Positions 45,518-54,652 of a DNA stretch of 64,000 nt are shown one piece after another (position 1 is the first letter of the stretch; each line of letters opens with the position of its first letter). This stretch comes from an uncultured Actinomycetota bacterium (lineage in GTDB: Bacteria > Actinomycetota > Actinomycetes > Mycobacteriales > CADCTP01). Made by a program: the position numbers and the translations under genes. The notes under the pieces are model-generated. The model ran no database searches. It worked only from the letters and a program-made list of their open reading frames with translations, and was not told the DNA's origin. Location of the stretch: the NCBI GenBank assembly GCA_963728945.1, contig CAVSMA010000002.1, forward strand, positions 738,723 to 802,722, read 5' to 3'.

Positions 45518-45901
45518 ATGGTGCTGCAGCACGCACACCCGGTGGATGCGGAGCGGGTGGCGCGGGCCCGGGAGCGCGGGATCTCGGCCGAGGACGCGAC
45601 CCGGCTGTCCGGCCTGCTGGCGTTGCTGTCGGACCCGGTCCGGACGCGCATCCTGTATGCGCTGGACCTGGTGGAGGAGATGTGCGTCGGTGATCTGGCG
45701 CTCGCGCTGGACATCAGCGAGGACTCAGCGAGCTACGCGCTGCGGCTGCTGCGTACGGCCGGGCTCGTGCAGACCCGCCGGCAGGGTCGGGTCGTGTTCT
45801 ACCGGCTCGCGGCCCGGTTCCCCGAGCCGCTGCTGGAGCACTGCCTGCGCGAGCTGATCTCGCTGTCCCGCGTGGCGTCCGCGGAGGAGGAGCAGTCATG
45901 A
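45518..45901 (+). CDS. ArsR/SmtB-family metalloregulator
   Basis: LLALLSDPVRTRILYALDLVEEMCVGDLALAL and RRQGRVVFYRLA (winged HTH) are present. There is an ATGA overlap with the ATPase gene. Confidence 0.85.
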   Translation: MVLQHAHPVDAERVARARERGISAEDATRLSGLLALLSDPVRTRILYALDLVEEMCVGDLALALDISEDSASYALRLLRTAGLVQTRRQGRVVFYRLAARFPEPLLEHCLRELISLSRVASAEEEQS

Positions 45902-48136
45902 CCCACCACCCCGGTCACACCCCGGGGCCAGACGCGCCCGCGCCCCGCCCCGGCCCGGCCGTCGTGAGCCACCACCCGCAGCACGCCGGCCACCCGGCTC
46001 CCGGCGACGAGCACCAGGCGCCGGCCGAGACCGCGGCCGCGGGTCACGGCCACCCGCACCACACCGATGCCCCCGATCACGCCGGCCAGGGGCACGGTGC
46101 GCACGGTGCGCACGGTGGGCACGGGGATCATGCGGCGCAGTTCCGGGACCGGTTCTGGTGGAGCCTGCTGCTGGCCGCGCCGGTGGTGGCGTTCTCCACC
46201 ATGTTCGCAGACCTGCTCGGCTACTCCCTGCCGAACGGCACCGGCTGGATCGCGCCGGTCCTCGGCACGATCGTCTACCTGTACGGCGGCTGGCCGTTCC
46301 TGACCGGCGCGGTCGCCGAGATCCGCGCCCGCCAGCCCGGGATGATGCTGCTGGTCGCGCTCGCGATCACGGTCGCGTTCGTCGCCAGCGCCGCCACATC
46401 CCTCGACCTCGGCGGGCTGGACCTCGACTTCTGGTGGGAGTTGGCGCTCCTGGTCGTGATCATGCTGCTCGGCCACTGGCTGGAGATGCGCGCTCTCGGC
46501 CAGGCGTCGTCGGCCCTGGACGCCCTGGCCGCGCTGCTGCCGGACGAGGCCGACCGGGTCGGCCCGGACGGCACGACCGAGCCGGTGCCGCTGACCGACC
46601 TGCGTACCGGTGACCTCGTGCTGGTCCGCTCCGGCGGCCGGGTGCCGGCGGACGGCGCGGTCGAGGACGGCGAGGCCGAGCTGGACGAGTCGATGATCAC
46701 CGGCGAGTCGCGGCCGGTGTCCAAGCGACCCGGCGACCGGGTCGTCGCCGGGACGGTCGCCACCGACTCCGCGCTGCGGGTCCGGGTCACCGCGGTCGGC
46801 GAGCAGACCGCGCTGGCCGGCATCCGCCGGCTGGTCGAGCAGGCCCAGTCCTCCCGGTCACGCGCGCAGGCGCTGGCCGATCGCGCGGCCGCCGCGCTGT
46901 TCTACTTCGCCTCGGGCGCGGGCGTGATCACGTTCGTGGTCTGGCTGCTGCTCGGCGAGCCGGACCAGGCCGTCGAACGTACGGTCACCGTCCTCGTCAT
47001 CGCCTGCCCGCACGCGCTCGGGCTGGCCATCCCGCTGGTGATCGCTATCTCCACGGCGATCGTCCGCGCGGGCCGGGATCCTGGTCAAGGACCGGCTGGC
47101 GCTGGAGCGGATGCGTACGGTCACGGCGGTGCTGTTCGACAAGACCGGCACGCTGACCAAGGGCCGGCCCGCGGTCACCGGCGTGGTCGCGGCACCCGGG
47201 GAGGACGAGGATCGGCTGCTGGCGCTGGCCGGCGCGGTCGAGGGCGACTCCGAGCACCCGCTGGCCCGGGCCGTCGTGGCCGCCGCGACCGCGCGGGGTC
47301 CGGTGCCTGCGGCGAACGGGTTCCGGTCGTCGACCGGACGGGGCGTGCAGGCGACCGTCGGGGGCGAGGACATCGGAGTCGGCGGTCCGGCGCTGCTGCG
47401 CGCGACCGGCGCCGAGGTCCCGGCCGCGGTCGCCGAGCGGGCGCGGGACTGGTCGGCCGAGGGCTCGACGGTCCTCTACGTGCTGCGGTCCGGTGCGGTC
47501 GCCGGCGCGCTGGCGCTCGCCGACGAGATCCGGCCGGAGTCGCGGCAGGCGGTCGACGAGCTGCACCGCCGCCGCGTCCACGTCGTGATGATCACCGGCG
47601 ACGCCCGCCCGGTGGCGGAGGCGGTCGGCCGCGAGCTCGGCGTCGACGAGGTCTTCGCCGAGGTGCTGCCGGAGGACAAGGACGCCAAGGTCGGCGAGCT
47701 GCAGGCGCGCGGGCTGCGGGTGGCGATGGTCGGCGACGGCGTGAACGACGCCCCGGCGCTGGCCCGGGCCGACGTCGGCATCGCGATCGGCGCGGGCACC
47801 GACGTCGCCATCGAGTCGGCCGGGGTCGTGCTCGCCTCCGACGACCCGCGCGGCGTGGTCAGCGTGATCTCGCTGTCCGCAGCCAGTTACCGTAAGATGC
47901 AGCAGAACCTGGCCTGGGCCACCGGCTACAACGTGCTCACGGTGCCGCTCGCGGCGGGCGTACTGGCGCCGGTCGGGTTCGTGCTGCCGCCGGCGGTGGG
48001 CGCGGTCATGATGAGCCTGTCCACGATCGTGGTCGCGCTCAACGCCCAGCTGTTGCGCCGCATCAACCTCCGCCCGGAGGCCGAACCGACTCCCGCCGCG
48101 CCGCGACCCGCCGAGGTCGCCACGGCCTCCCGATGA
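45898..48136 (+). pseudogene. copB: CopB-type (P1B-3, CPH motif, His-rich N-terminus) heavy-metal P-type ATPase with an apparent +1 frameshift near 47062
   Basis: His-rich N-terminus: HHPGH..HHPQHAGHP..GHGHPHH..HGAHGAHGGHGDH. ESMITGES and TM CPH (VIACPHALGLAIP) lie in the first frame. SARAGILVKDRLALERMRTVTAVLFDKTGTLT, MITGD, VAMVGDGVNDAPAL and MSLST lie in the next frame, ending at 48136. Confidence 0.85.
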
Positions 48137-48196
48137 CGCTCAGCCCGCCCGCGTGAACAGCTCGATCGGGTTGCCCGGCCGGCGCCTGCGGCGGAG

Positions 48197-49372
48197 TCAG
48201 CGGGTCGGGTTGGTGCCGGGGGCCAGGTCGGCCGACCACTTCTCCTCGATGCGGCCGAAACGCCAGACCGCGAGGGCGGTGAGCCAGGCCAGCACGAAGA
48301 ACGCGACGATCGCGTAGCCGGCGTAGTCGAGCGGGATGGACGCGATCGCCGACAGCGGCCCGGAGTCGATCTTCGCCTGGTCGGCGAGCACGCCGACCAG
48401 CTCGATCGTGCCGATGATCAGCGCCACTGCGACCGAGATCGACGTGATCGTGATGTTGTAGAAGACCTTCCGGACCGGCTTCGCGAACGCCCACCCGTAC
48501 GCGGCGTTCATGAACACGCCGTCGGTGGTGTCCATCAGGCACATGCCGGCCGCGAACAGGATCGGCAGCACGAGGATCGCGTAGAACGGCAGGTTGAACG
48601 CGGCGGCGCCACCGGCCAGCACGAGCAGGCCGATCTCGGTCGCGGTGTCGAAGCCGAGCCCGAACAGCACGCCGATCGGGTAGATGTGCCAGGCCTTGCG
48701 GACGGACTTCGTGAGCCCGCCGAGGAACCGGTTCATGAAGCCGCGCTTGTTCAGGTGGTCCTCGAGCTGGGCCTCGTCGTACCGGCCGGTGCGCATCTCC
48801 CGGAACACCTTGAGGATCCCGAACAGCACGACCAGGTTGAGAATCCCGAGCACCCAGAGGAAGACGCCGGATACCGACGCGCCCACGACGCCGGTGACCG
48901 AGTGCAGCTCTGAGTCGTCGCTCTCCACCTGGCCGGCCAGCGCCTTGACCCCGGCCGAGAGCAGGAACGCCAGCGCGAACACGATCGTGGAGTGGCCGAG
49001 GGAGAACCAGAACCCGACCGAGAGCGGCTTGCGGATCTCGGCGCGGGCGACGCCGGCCGCCTCCTTCTCCGCGTTGTCGGCCATCAGCTTCCGCGTCGTG
49101 TTGTCGACGGCCGCGATGTGATCCGCGTCGAACGCGTGCCGAAGCCCGAACGTGTACGCGAGGATGCCGACGCCGATCGAGAAGACCGGGTGGTCGCCGC
49201 CGAGCTGGTAGTGGTTCGGCACCACGAAGCCGAGCAGGACGCCGAAGCCGACGACGTGCAGCAGGATGATGAAGCCGTACATTCCGCCCAGTGAGGTCCA
49301 GTCGCGCCGGGTCAAGCTGCCGTGAAACCGGGCGAATCGCGAGGCGTCCACGTCCGTGGTGCTGTCGCTCAC
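48197..49372 (-). CDS. NiCoT-family nickel/cobalt transporter (HoxN/HupN/NixA)
   Basis: The signature is LRHAFDADHIAAVDNTTR. Also present are FSLGHSTIV and LFGLGFDTATE. The GTG start follows gaaggagg. Confidence 0.9.
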   Translation of the reverse strand: MSDSTTDVDASRFARFHGSLTRRDWTSLGGMYGFIILLHVVGFGVLLGFVVPNHYQLGGDHPVFSIGVGILAYTFGLRHAFDADHIAAVDNTTRKLMADNAEKEAAGVARAEIRKPLSVGFWFSLGHSTIVFALAFLLSAGVKALAGQVESDDSELHSVTGVVGASVSGVFLWVLGILNLVVLFGILKVFREMRTGRYDEAQLEDHLNKRGFMNRFLGGLTKSVRKAWHIYPIGVLFGLGFDTATEIGLLVLAGGAAAFNLPFYAILVLPILFAAGMCLMDTTDGVFMNAAYGWAFAKPVRKVFYNITITSISVAVALIIGTIELVGVLADQAKIDSGPLSAIASIPLDYAGYAIVAFFVLAWLTALAVWRFGRIEEKWSADLAPGTNPTR

Positions 49373-49417
49373 CGGCCGGACCTCCTTCTCTGCGGACCGT
49401 CGTGGTCAGACCTTCGT

Positions 49418-49443
49418 AACCCTCGTATATCAATACGCGGGTT
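49418..49443. promoter_or_regulatory. AT-rich imperfect palindrome upstream of the NiCoT gene; candidate operator
   Basis: AACCCTCGTAT-atca-ATACGCGGGTT has 11-bp arms with one mismatch. It lies 46-71 bp upstream of the start and is the lowest-GC spot in the neighbourhood. TTGCAA follows directly. Confidence 0.35.
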
Positions 49444-49488
49444 GCAAGCCCGGCGCGGCGTGGCGCAGGACGCTCCGGCGTGCCGCGC

Positions 49489-50007
49489 TCAGAAGCCGGC
49501 CGGGAGCGGGATCCCGAACCGCGCACAGAGCAACGGCACGTCGTGCCGGTCGTTCGGACGTGGCGCGTAGCCGGTTCGCCAGCGGACGGCCCACTCGGGC
49601 GACTCGCACCGGACGTCGGTGCCGGCGATGCTGCCCCGGCCGGCCAGCGCCTCGACCGGGAACGTGAACGGGTCGAGCACGGAGCCGTAGTGGATCTGCC
49701 CGTCCGGGCGCGGTTCGTACAGGTGCAGGTCGACGCGCCGGCGCTCGCCGTCGTGCAGGACGAAGTTCCACGGCCGGTCGCCGGGCCACGGGAAGATCCG
49801 GTCGACGCCGCGCCCGGCGAACGCCTTGAACAGCTGCTCAAGGTCGGCAGCCGGCACCCACAGGTCGAGGTCGGCATGCTGTCGCGTCTGCGCGCCGAGC
49901 AGCGCGTCCACCGCCCACCCGCCGCCGACGCAGGCGTCCACCCCGTGCTGCGCCAGCGCGCCGAGCAATCCGGTCGCGTCGGTCGCGGTCATCACGTAGT
50001 CCGTCAT
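49489..50007 (-). CDS. nucleotidyltransferase-fold protein (aminoglycoside 2''-adenylyltransferase/lincosamide NTase-like)
   Basis: CVGGGWAVDALLG...HADLDLWV (GG...DxD NTase motif) is present. The product is about 170 aa. Confidence 0.65.
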   Translation of the reverse strand: MTDYVMTATDATGLLGALAQHGVDACVGGGWAVDALLGAQTRQHADLDLWVPAADLEQLFKAFAGRGVDRIFPWPGDRPWNFVLHDGERRRVDLHLYEPRPDGQIHYGSVLDPFTFPVEALAGRGSIAGTDVRCESPEWAVRWRTGYAPRPNDRHDVPLLCARFGIPLPAGF

Positions 50008-50086
50008 GAGTACCGGGGGGACGAGCTCGACGCCGAGACGGTCGCGCTGCGAGCGGCTGGTCCGGCGGCGGATCGCGGACTGCCGC

Positions 50087-50566
50087 TCACCCTGCCTGGC
50101 CGAGCACTGAGTCAGCCAGGGTGACCGGGATGCGGCGGTCGGTCGTGTCGAGCACGTACTGGGCGGACGGGACGGCGTGGAACAGGCGGTGTGCCGCGGG
50201 AGCGGTGACGTCGGCGAGCGTCCACTCCTGCGCGCCGAACTCGACCGAGCGGCGGGTGTAGGTGGCCAGCGCGCGGTCCCGGTCCGGCCCGTGCAGCTCG
50301 CTCGCCTCGGCGTCGAGGTACACCGCCTGCGCGCCGCCGTTGCCGACCGTGGAGTCGAAGATCACGATGCCGACCTGCGGCCGTACCGCGATGTTCGTCG
50401 AGTGCCGGGCGTCGGGCTTCGAGGCCCAGACGAACTCCCGGTAGCCGTCGTGGGCGAACCAGACCGGCGACGCCCACGGCTTCCCGCTCGCATCTGCGGT
50501 GGCCAGCGTCAGGTACCAGGAGCCGTCGACGATCGACCGCCCCATCTCGACCGGGCTCTCGCTCAT
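50087..50566 (-). CDS. pyridoxamine 5'-phosphate oxidase-family (FMN-binding split barrel) protein
   Basis: ATG 50566 follows gaaggagg. GSWYLTLATADASGKPWASPVWF is present. Confidence 0.75.
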   Translation of the reverse strand: MSESPVEMGRSIVDGSWYLTLATADASGKPWASPVWFAHDGYREFVWASKPDARHSTNIAVRPQVGIVIFDSTVGNGGAQAVYLDAEASELHGPDRDRALATYTRRSVEFGAQEWTLADVTAPAAHRLFHAVPSAQYVLDTTDRRIPVTLADSVLGQAG

Positions 50567-50583
50567 GTGCGTCCTCCTTCTTG

Positions 50584-51771
50584 TCAGCGGACGGTACGGA
50601 ACGGGCTGGCGAGCAGCGCGAGACCGGCCGCCGCGACGCCACCGGCGCACAGCCACAGCGCCGGACGGTAGCCGAGCGAGTCGGCCAGCAGCCCGCCCAG
50701 CGGCGCGCCGACCACCACGGCGGCCCGGTTGATCGAGCGCATCGTCGCGTTGGTCCGGGCCTGCAGCCGGTCCGGCGTGATCGTCTGCCGGTACGCCATC
50801 TCCAGCGGGCTGGACAGTCCCAGCCCGAACCCGTTGACCAGGTTGCCGAGCCCGGCGACGAGCAGGCTGCCGATCGGCGTGATCGCGATGATCGCGATGC
50901 CGGCCGCCTGCAGCAGCCAGGCGAGCGGGATCGTCAGCCCGGCCCGGCCGGCGCGCTCGGAGAGTCCGGCGCCGGCGAGGCCGCCGACGCCGGCCAGCGC
51001 GAGGGTCAGGCCGAGACCGAGCGCGCTGAACCCCAGGTGTAGCAGCCCGTACGGGACGTAGACCGCGCCGAGCGTCGCGTAGAAGACGAACCAGCCGTGC
51101 GTGCACAGCGACAGCGGGCGCAGCAGCCGGTGCCCGTACACCCAAGCGAGGCCCTCGCGCATCTCCCGGCCGAGCGGGGCGCGGACCGGCGCCGGCGGGT
51201 CGTCGAGCCGTACCCGGGCGATCAGCAGCCCGGAGGTCAGGTAGGTCCCCGCGTCGACGAGCACGGCGGTCGGCGCGCCGAGCCAGCCGACCAGGCCACC
51301 GGCGACGGCGGGACCGGCGGTGTCGGCGGCGGCCGTGCTCTGCGACAGCCGCGCGTTCGCCCGGGTGAACGCGTCCCGGGGCAGCAGCCGGGGCAGGAAC
51401 GACTGGTGCGCGGCGTCGTTGACCAGCGACAGCAGGCCGAACGCGGCGACCAGCGCGGCGAGCGTGGGCAGGGACAGCAGTCCCGGCCAGGCCAGCAGTG
51501 GCACCGTGCAGAGCAGCGCGGCGCGGCCGAGGTCGGTGCCGACCAGCAGCGGCTTGCGCCGGGTCCGGTCGGCCAGCGCGCCGACCAGCACGCCGAACAG
51601 CAGGTACGGCAGCCAGCGGGCGGCGTTGACCAGGCCGACCTCGGCCGCCGAACCGGACAGCGTGGTCACGACCAGCACCTGGATCGCGAGCGTGGTGATG
51701 GGGGTGCCGAAGTCGGACACGGTGCTGGCGGTCCAGAACAGCCGGAAGCCGGCGTGAGTCCGCAGCCGCAT
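50584..51771 (-). CDS. MFS transporter
   Basis: About 12 TM helices. The N-terminus FRLFWTASTVSDFGTPITTLAIQVL is typical of the MFS_3/EntS-like group. Confidence 0.85.
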   Translation of the reverse strand: MRLRTHAGFRLFWTASTVSDFGTPITTLAIQVLVVTTLSGSAAEVGLVNAARWLPYLLFGVLVGALADRTRRKPLLVGTDLGRAALLCTVPLLAWPGLLSLPTLAALVAAFGLLSLVNDAAHQSFLPRLLPRDAFTRANARLSQSTAAADTAGPAVAGGLVGWLGAPTAVLVDAGTYLTSGLLIARVRLDDPPAPVRAPLGREMREGLAWVYGHRLLRPLSLCTHGWFVFYATLGAVYVPYGLLHLGFSALGLGLTLALAGVGGLAGAGLSERAGRAGLTIPLAWLLQAAGIAIIAITPIGSLLVAGLGNLVNGFGLGLSSPLEMAYRQTITPDRLQARTNATMRSINRAAVVVGAPLGGLLADSLGYRPALWLCAGGVAAAGLALLASPFRTVR

Positions 51772-51814
51772 CGTGCCTCGACCCTATCGACCGCGGCTTC
51801 GTCTGTTGCGGGCG

Positions 51815-52594
51815 ATGCCCGCCGGTGCCGGGGTCCGGAGGCTGCCGGTGGGAGGGCCGGTGGGAGGGAACGTGGAGCCGGACGCGGGGAAGGCGGCGCG
51901 GCCGGATGCGGCGGCCGCCCGCGGGTGGGTGCTGGTCGTGGTCGGCTGCCTGGTCGCGGTCAACCTGCTCGAGCACCGCATCCTGCCCGGGGCGCCGGTC
52001 GTGGTCGCCGCGGTGCTGGTGCTGGCGATGGTCGGCGTCGCCCGGGCCAGCGGGCTGACCGCCGCCGAGCTCGGGCTGGCGCGCGGGACCTGGCTGCGCG
52101 GGCTGCGCTGGGCCGCGGTGCCCGCCGCGGTGGTGGTGCTCGCCTGCGTACTGGTCCTGGTGGTGCCGGCGCTGGAGCACCGGGTCGCGCCGGCGCCGGG
52201 CAGCTGGGGCGGCGTGGCGGTGCGGGTGCTGGTCACGCTCCCGCTGCTCACCGTGATCCCGGAGGAGCTGGCGTTCCGGGGCGTGACCTGGGCGCTGCTG
52301 CGGCGGGTCGGCGGCACGCGGGTCGCGACGCTCGGATCCTCGGTGCTGTTCGGGCTCTGGCACGTGCTGGCCGCGCTGGGCGGCGGGCCGGCGAACGAGA
52401 CGGCGGCGGGGGCGCTCGGCGAGGGCGCGGTCGGCGTCGCGGCCCGGGTCGGCGCGACGGTGCTGGTCACCTTCCTCGCCGGGCTGTTGCTGTGCGCGTT
52501 GCGGGAGGGCAGCGGGAGCCTGCTGGCGCCGATCGGCCTGCACTGGGCCGCGAACGGAGCCGGCATCGTGCTGGTCCATCTCGTCGGTCCGTGA
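51815..52594 (+). CDS. CPBP-family intramembrane glutamic endopeptidase (CAAX protease-like)
   Basis: The motifs are IPEELAFRGV, LFGLWH and GLHWAAN. The start is uncertain: candidates are GTG 51773, ATG 51815, and GTG 51872 after gggaggg. Confidence 0.8.
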   Translation: MPAGAGVRRLPVGGPVGGNVEPDAGKAARPDAAAARGWVLVVVGCLVAVNLLEHRILPGAPVVVAAVLVLAMVGVARASGLTAAELGLARGTWLRGLRWAAVPAAVVVLACVLVLVVPALEHRVAPAPGSWGGVAVRVLVTLPLLTVIPEELAFRGVTWALLRRVGGTRVATLGSSVLFGLWHVLAALGGGPANETAAGALGEGAVGVAARVGATVLVTFLAGLLLCALREGSGSLLAPIGLHWAANGAGIVLVHLVGP

Positions 52595-52684
52595 CCACGC
52601 CACCGGCCGGCTCCCGTTCATCCGCGGCGGATGAGCCAGCACCCCGGGCGTGGTCGGACACTGCGGCCGGCGCAGGGAGGCGGC

Positions 52685-54559
52685 ATGACCACGCAGCCGG
52701 ACGATCTTCGCAGCGAGCCGGCCACGCCGCCCGGCGGCGGCGAGCAGAGCCCGCTCGCCCCGGACCCCGACCGGACGGACGCCGGCCCGGCGATGGAGCC
52801 GGCGACCGGCCGTCCGACCGCGCCGGCGGGCGCGGTGGCGACTGCTGAGCCGGTCGAGGCCGGTGGCGCCGAGGGGTCGGCCGTGGGGGACGGCGACGCC
52901 GGTGGGGCCACGGAGGCGGCGGGTCGGCGCCGGCGGCGGTGGTTCCGGTACACGCTGCCCGGGGCGGGCGGCGCCCTGCTGTTCACCTGCCTGGCGTTCA
53001 CGCCGTCCCTGCTGCCGCGCGGTGCGGTGGTGCAGGGCCTGGTCTGCGGGATCTCCGCGGCGATCGGCTACGGCGTCGGCGTGGTCGCGGCCTGGGTCTG
53101 GCGCGCGTTCGCCGACCGGGACGAGCGCCCGGCCCGGACCACCGCGTGGCGCGTCTTCGCCGTGATCGCCGTCGTCGCGCTCGTCACCGCGTTCGTGCTG
53201 GGCCAGCGCTGGCAGGGCGAGATCCGTGACCTCATGGGGATGGCGGGAGACAACCCGGCCGCTCTGGTGCTGGTCCCGGTGCTGGCCGCCGTCGTTTTCG
53301 TCGCCCTGGTCGCCCTGGGCCGCGCCCTGCGGGCGGCCTACCGCTGGTTGGCCCGGCTGCTCGGCCGCTGGATCGGACCCAGGGCGGCCCGCGCGGTCGG
53401 CTGGGTCACGGTCGTCGGCGTCACCATCGCCCTGGTCAGCGGCGTCCTGCTGGACGGGCTCGTCTCCGCCGCGGACGAGGCGTTCTCGGTGCGCAACGGG
53501 ATCACGATCGAGGGCGCGCAGCAGCCCACCGTCGAAACCCGCTCCGGGGGACCCGGCTCCCTGGTCGCGTGGGACAGCCTGGGCCGCGAGGGCCGGAAGT
53601 TCACCGGGCTCGGGCCGACGGCGTCGGACATCTCCGCGTTCGCCGGCGGGCCGGCGCTCGCACCGATCCGGGCGTACGCCGGCCTGGAGTCGGCCTCGTC
53701 GACGGAGGACCGGGCGAACCTGGCCGTGGCCGACCTGGAACGCGCCGGCGGCTTCGACCGCCGGTACCTCGTCGTCGCCACGACCACCGGCAGCGGCTGG
53801 GTCGACCCGGCGGCGATCGACACGGTCGAGTACATGACCGGCGGCGACTCGGCGATCGTCGCGATCCAGTACTCGTACCTGCCGTCCTGGATCTCCTACC
53901 TGGTCGACCAGAAGCGCGCCCGGGAGGCCGGCCGGGCCCTGTTCGACGCGGTCTACGGCAAGTGGTCGGCGCTGCCGCAGGACAGCCGGCCCCGGTTGCT
54001 GGTCTTCGGCGAGAGCCTCGGCTCGTTCGGCGGGGAGACCGCGTTCAGCGGGGAGCAGGACCTGCGCAACCGTACGCAGGGCGCGATCTTCGCCGGACCG
54101 CCGAACTTCAACACGCTCTTCCGGGAGTTCAGCGACACCCGCGACCCCGGCAGTCGCGAGGTCGCGCCGATCTACCGGGACGGCCGGACCGTCCGGTTCG
54201 ACGACCACCCCGGGCCGCCGGTCGAGCCGGCGTCCGTCCGCTGGGACGGGCCGCGGGTGCTCTACCTGCAGCACCCGTCCGACCCGATCGTCTGGTGGAC
54301 CCCGCGGCTGCTGCTGACCGAGCCCGACTGGCTGCGCGAGCCGCGCGGCCACGACGTCCTCGGCAGCGTGCGCTGGATCCCGTTCGTCACCTTCTGGCAG
54401 GTCACCGCGGACCTGCCGTTCGCCACCGAGGTGCCCGGCGGGCACGGGCACAAGTACACCTCGGAGTACGTGGACGCCTGGGCGACCGTGTTGCAGCCCT
54501 CCGACTGGACCGAGGCGAAGTCGGCCCGCCTCCGCGAGATCGTCGCCGGCGTCGACTGA
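52685..54559 (+). CDS. membrane-anchored alpha/beta-hydrolase (Abhydrolase_9-like)
   Basis: ATG 52685 follows cagggagg (alternative 52631). There are four to five N-terminal TM helices. The nucleophile elbow is VFGESLGSFGG. LYLQHPSDPIVWW is present. Confidence 0.7.
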   Translation: MTTQPDDLRSEPATPPGGGEQSPLAPDPDRTDAGPAMEPATGRPTAPAGAVATAEPVEAGGAEGSAVGDGDAGGATEAAGRRRRRWFRYTLPGAGGALLFTCLAFTPSLLPRGAVVQGLVCGISAAIGYGVGVVAAWVWRAFADRDERPARTTAWRVFAVIAVVALVTAFVLGQRWQGEIRDLMGMAGDNPAALVLVPVLAAVVFVALVALGRALRAAYRWLARLLGRWIGPRAARAVGWVTVVGVTIALVSGVLLDGLVSAADEAFSVRNGITIEGAQQPTVETRSGGPGSLVAWDSLGREGRKFTGLGPTASDISAFAGGPALAPIRAYAGLESASSTEDRANLAVADLERAGGFDRRYLVVATTTGSGWVDPAAIDTVEYMTGGDSAIVAIQYSYLPSWISYLVDQKRAREAGRALFDAVYGKWSALPQDSRPRLLVFGESLGSFGGETAFSGEQDLRNRTQGAIFAGPPNFNTLFREFSDTRDPGSREVAPIYRDGRTVRFDDHPGPPVEPASVRWDGPRVLYLQHPSDPIVWWTPRLLLTEPDWLREPRGHDVLGSVRWIPFVTFWQVTADLPFATEVPGGHGHKYTSEYVDAWATVLQPSDWTEAKSARLREIVAGVD

Positions 54560-54652
54560 GTGCGCGGGCGCCACCGGGAGGTGGGCGCCGCGACCGGGTC
54601 GGCGGGCACCACCCGGCGGCGGGGCGGGTGCGGTCGGCCGGACAATGGGGCG

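Noticed and set aside
49373-49488. A cobalamin riboswitch in the NiCoT leader.
   Set aside because: The leader is only about 115 nt, too short for a B12 element. I could not see the conserved B12-box. An operator palindrome is a simpler reading.
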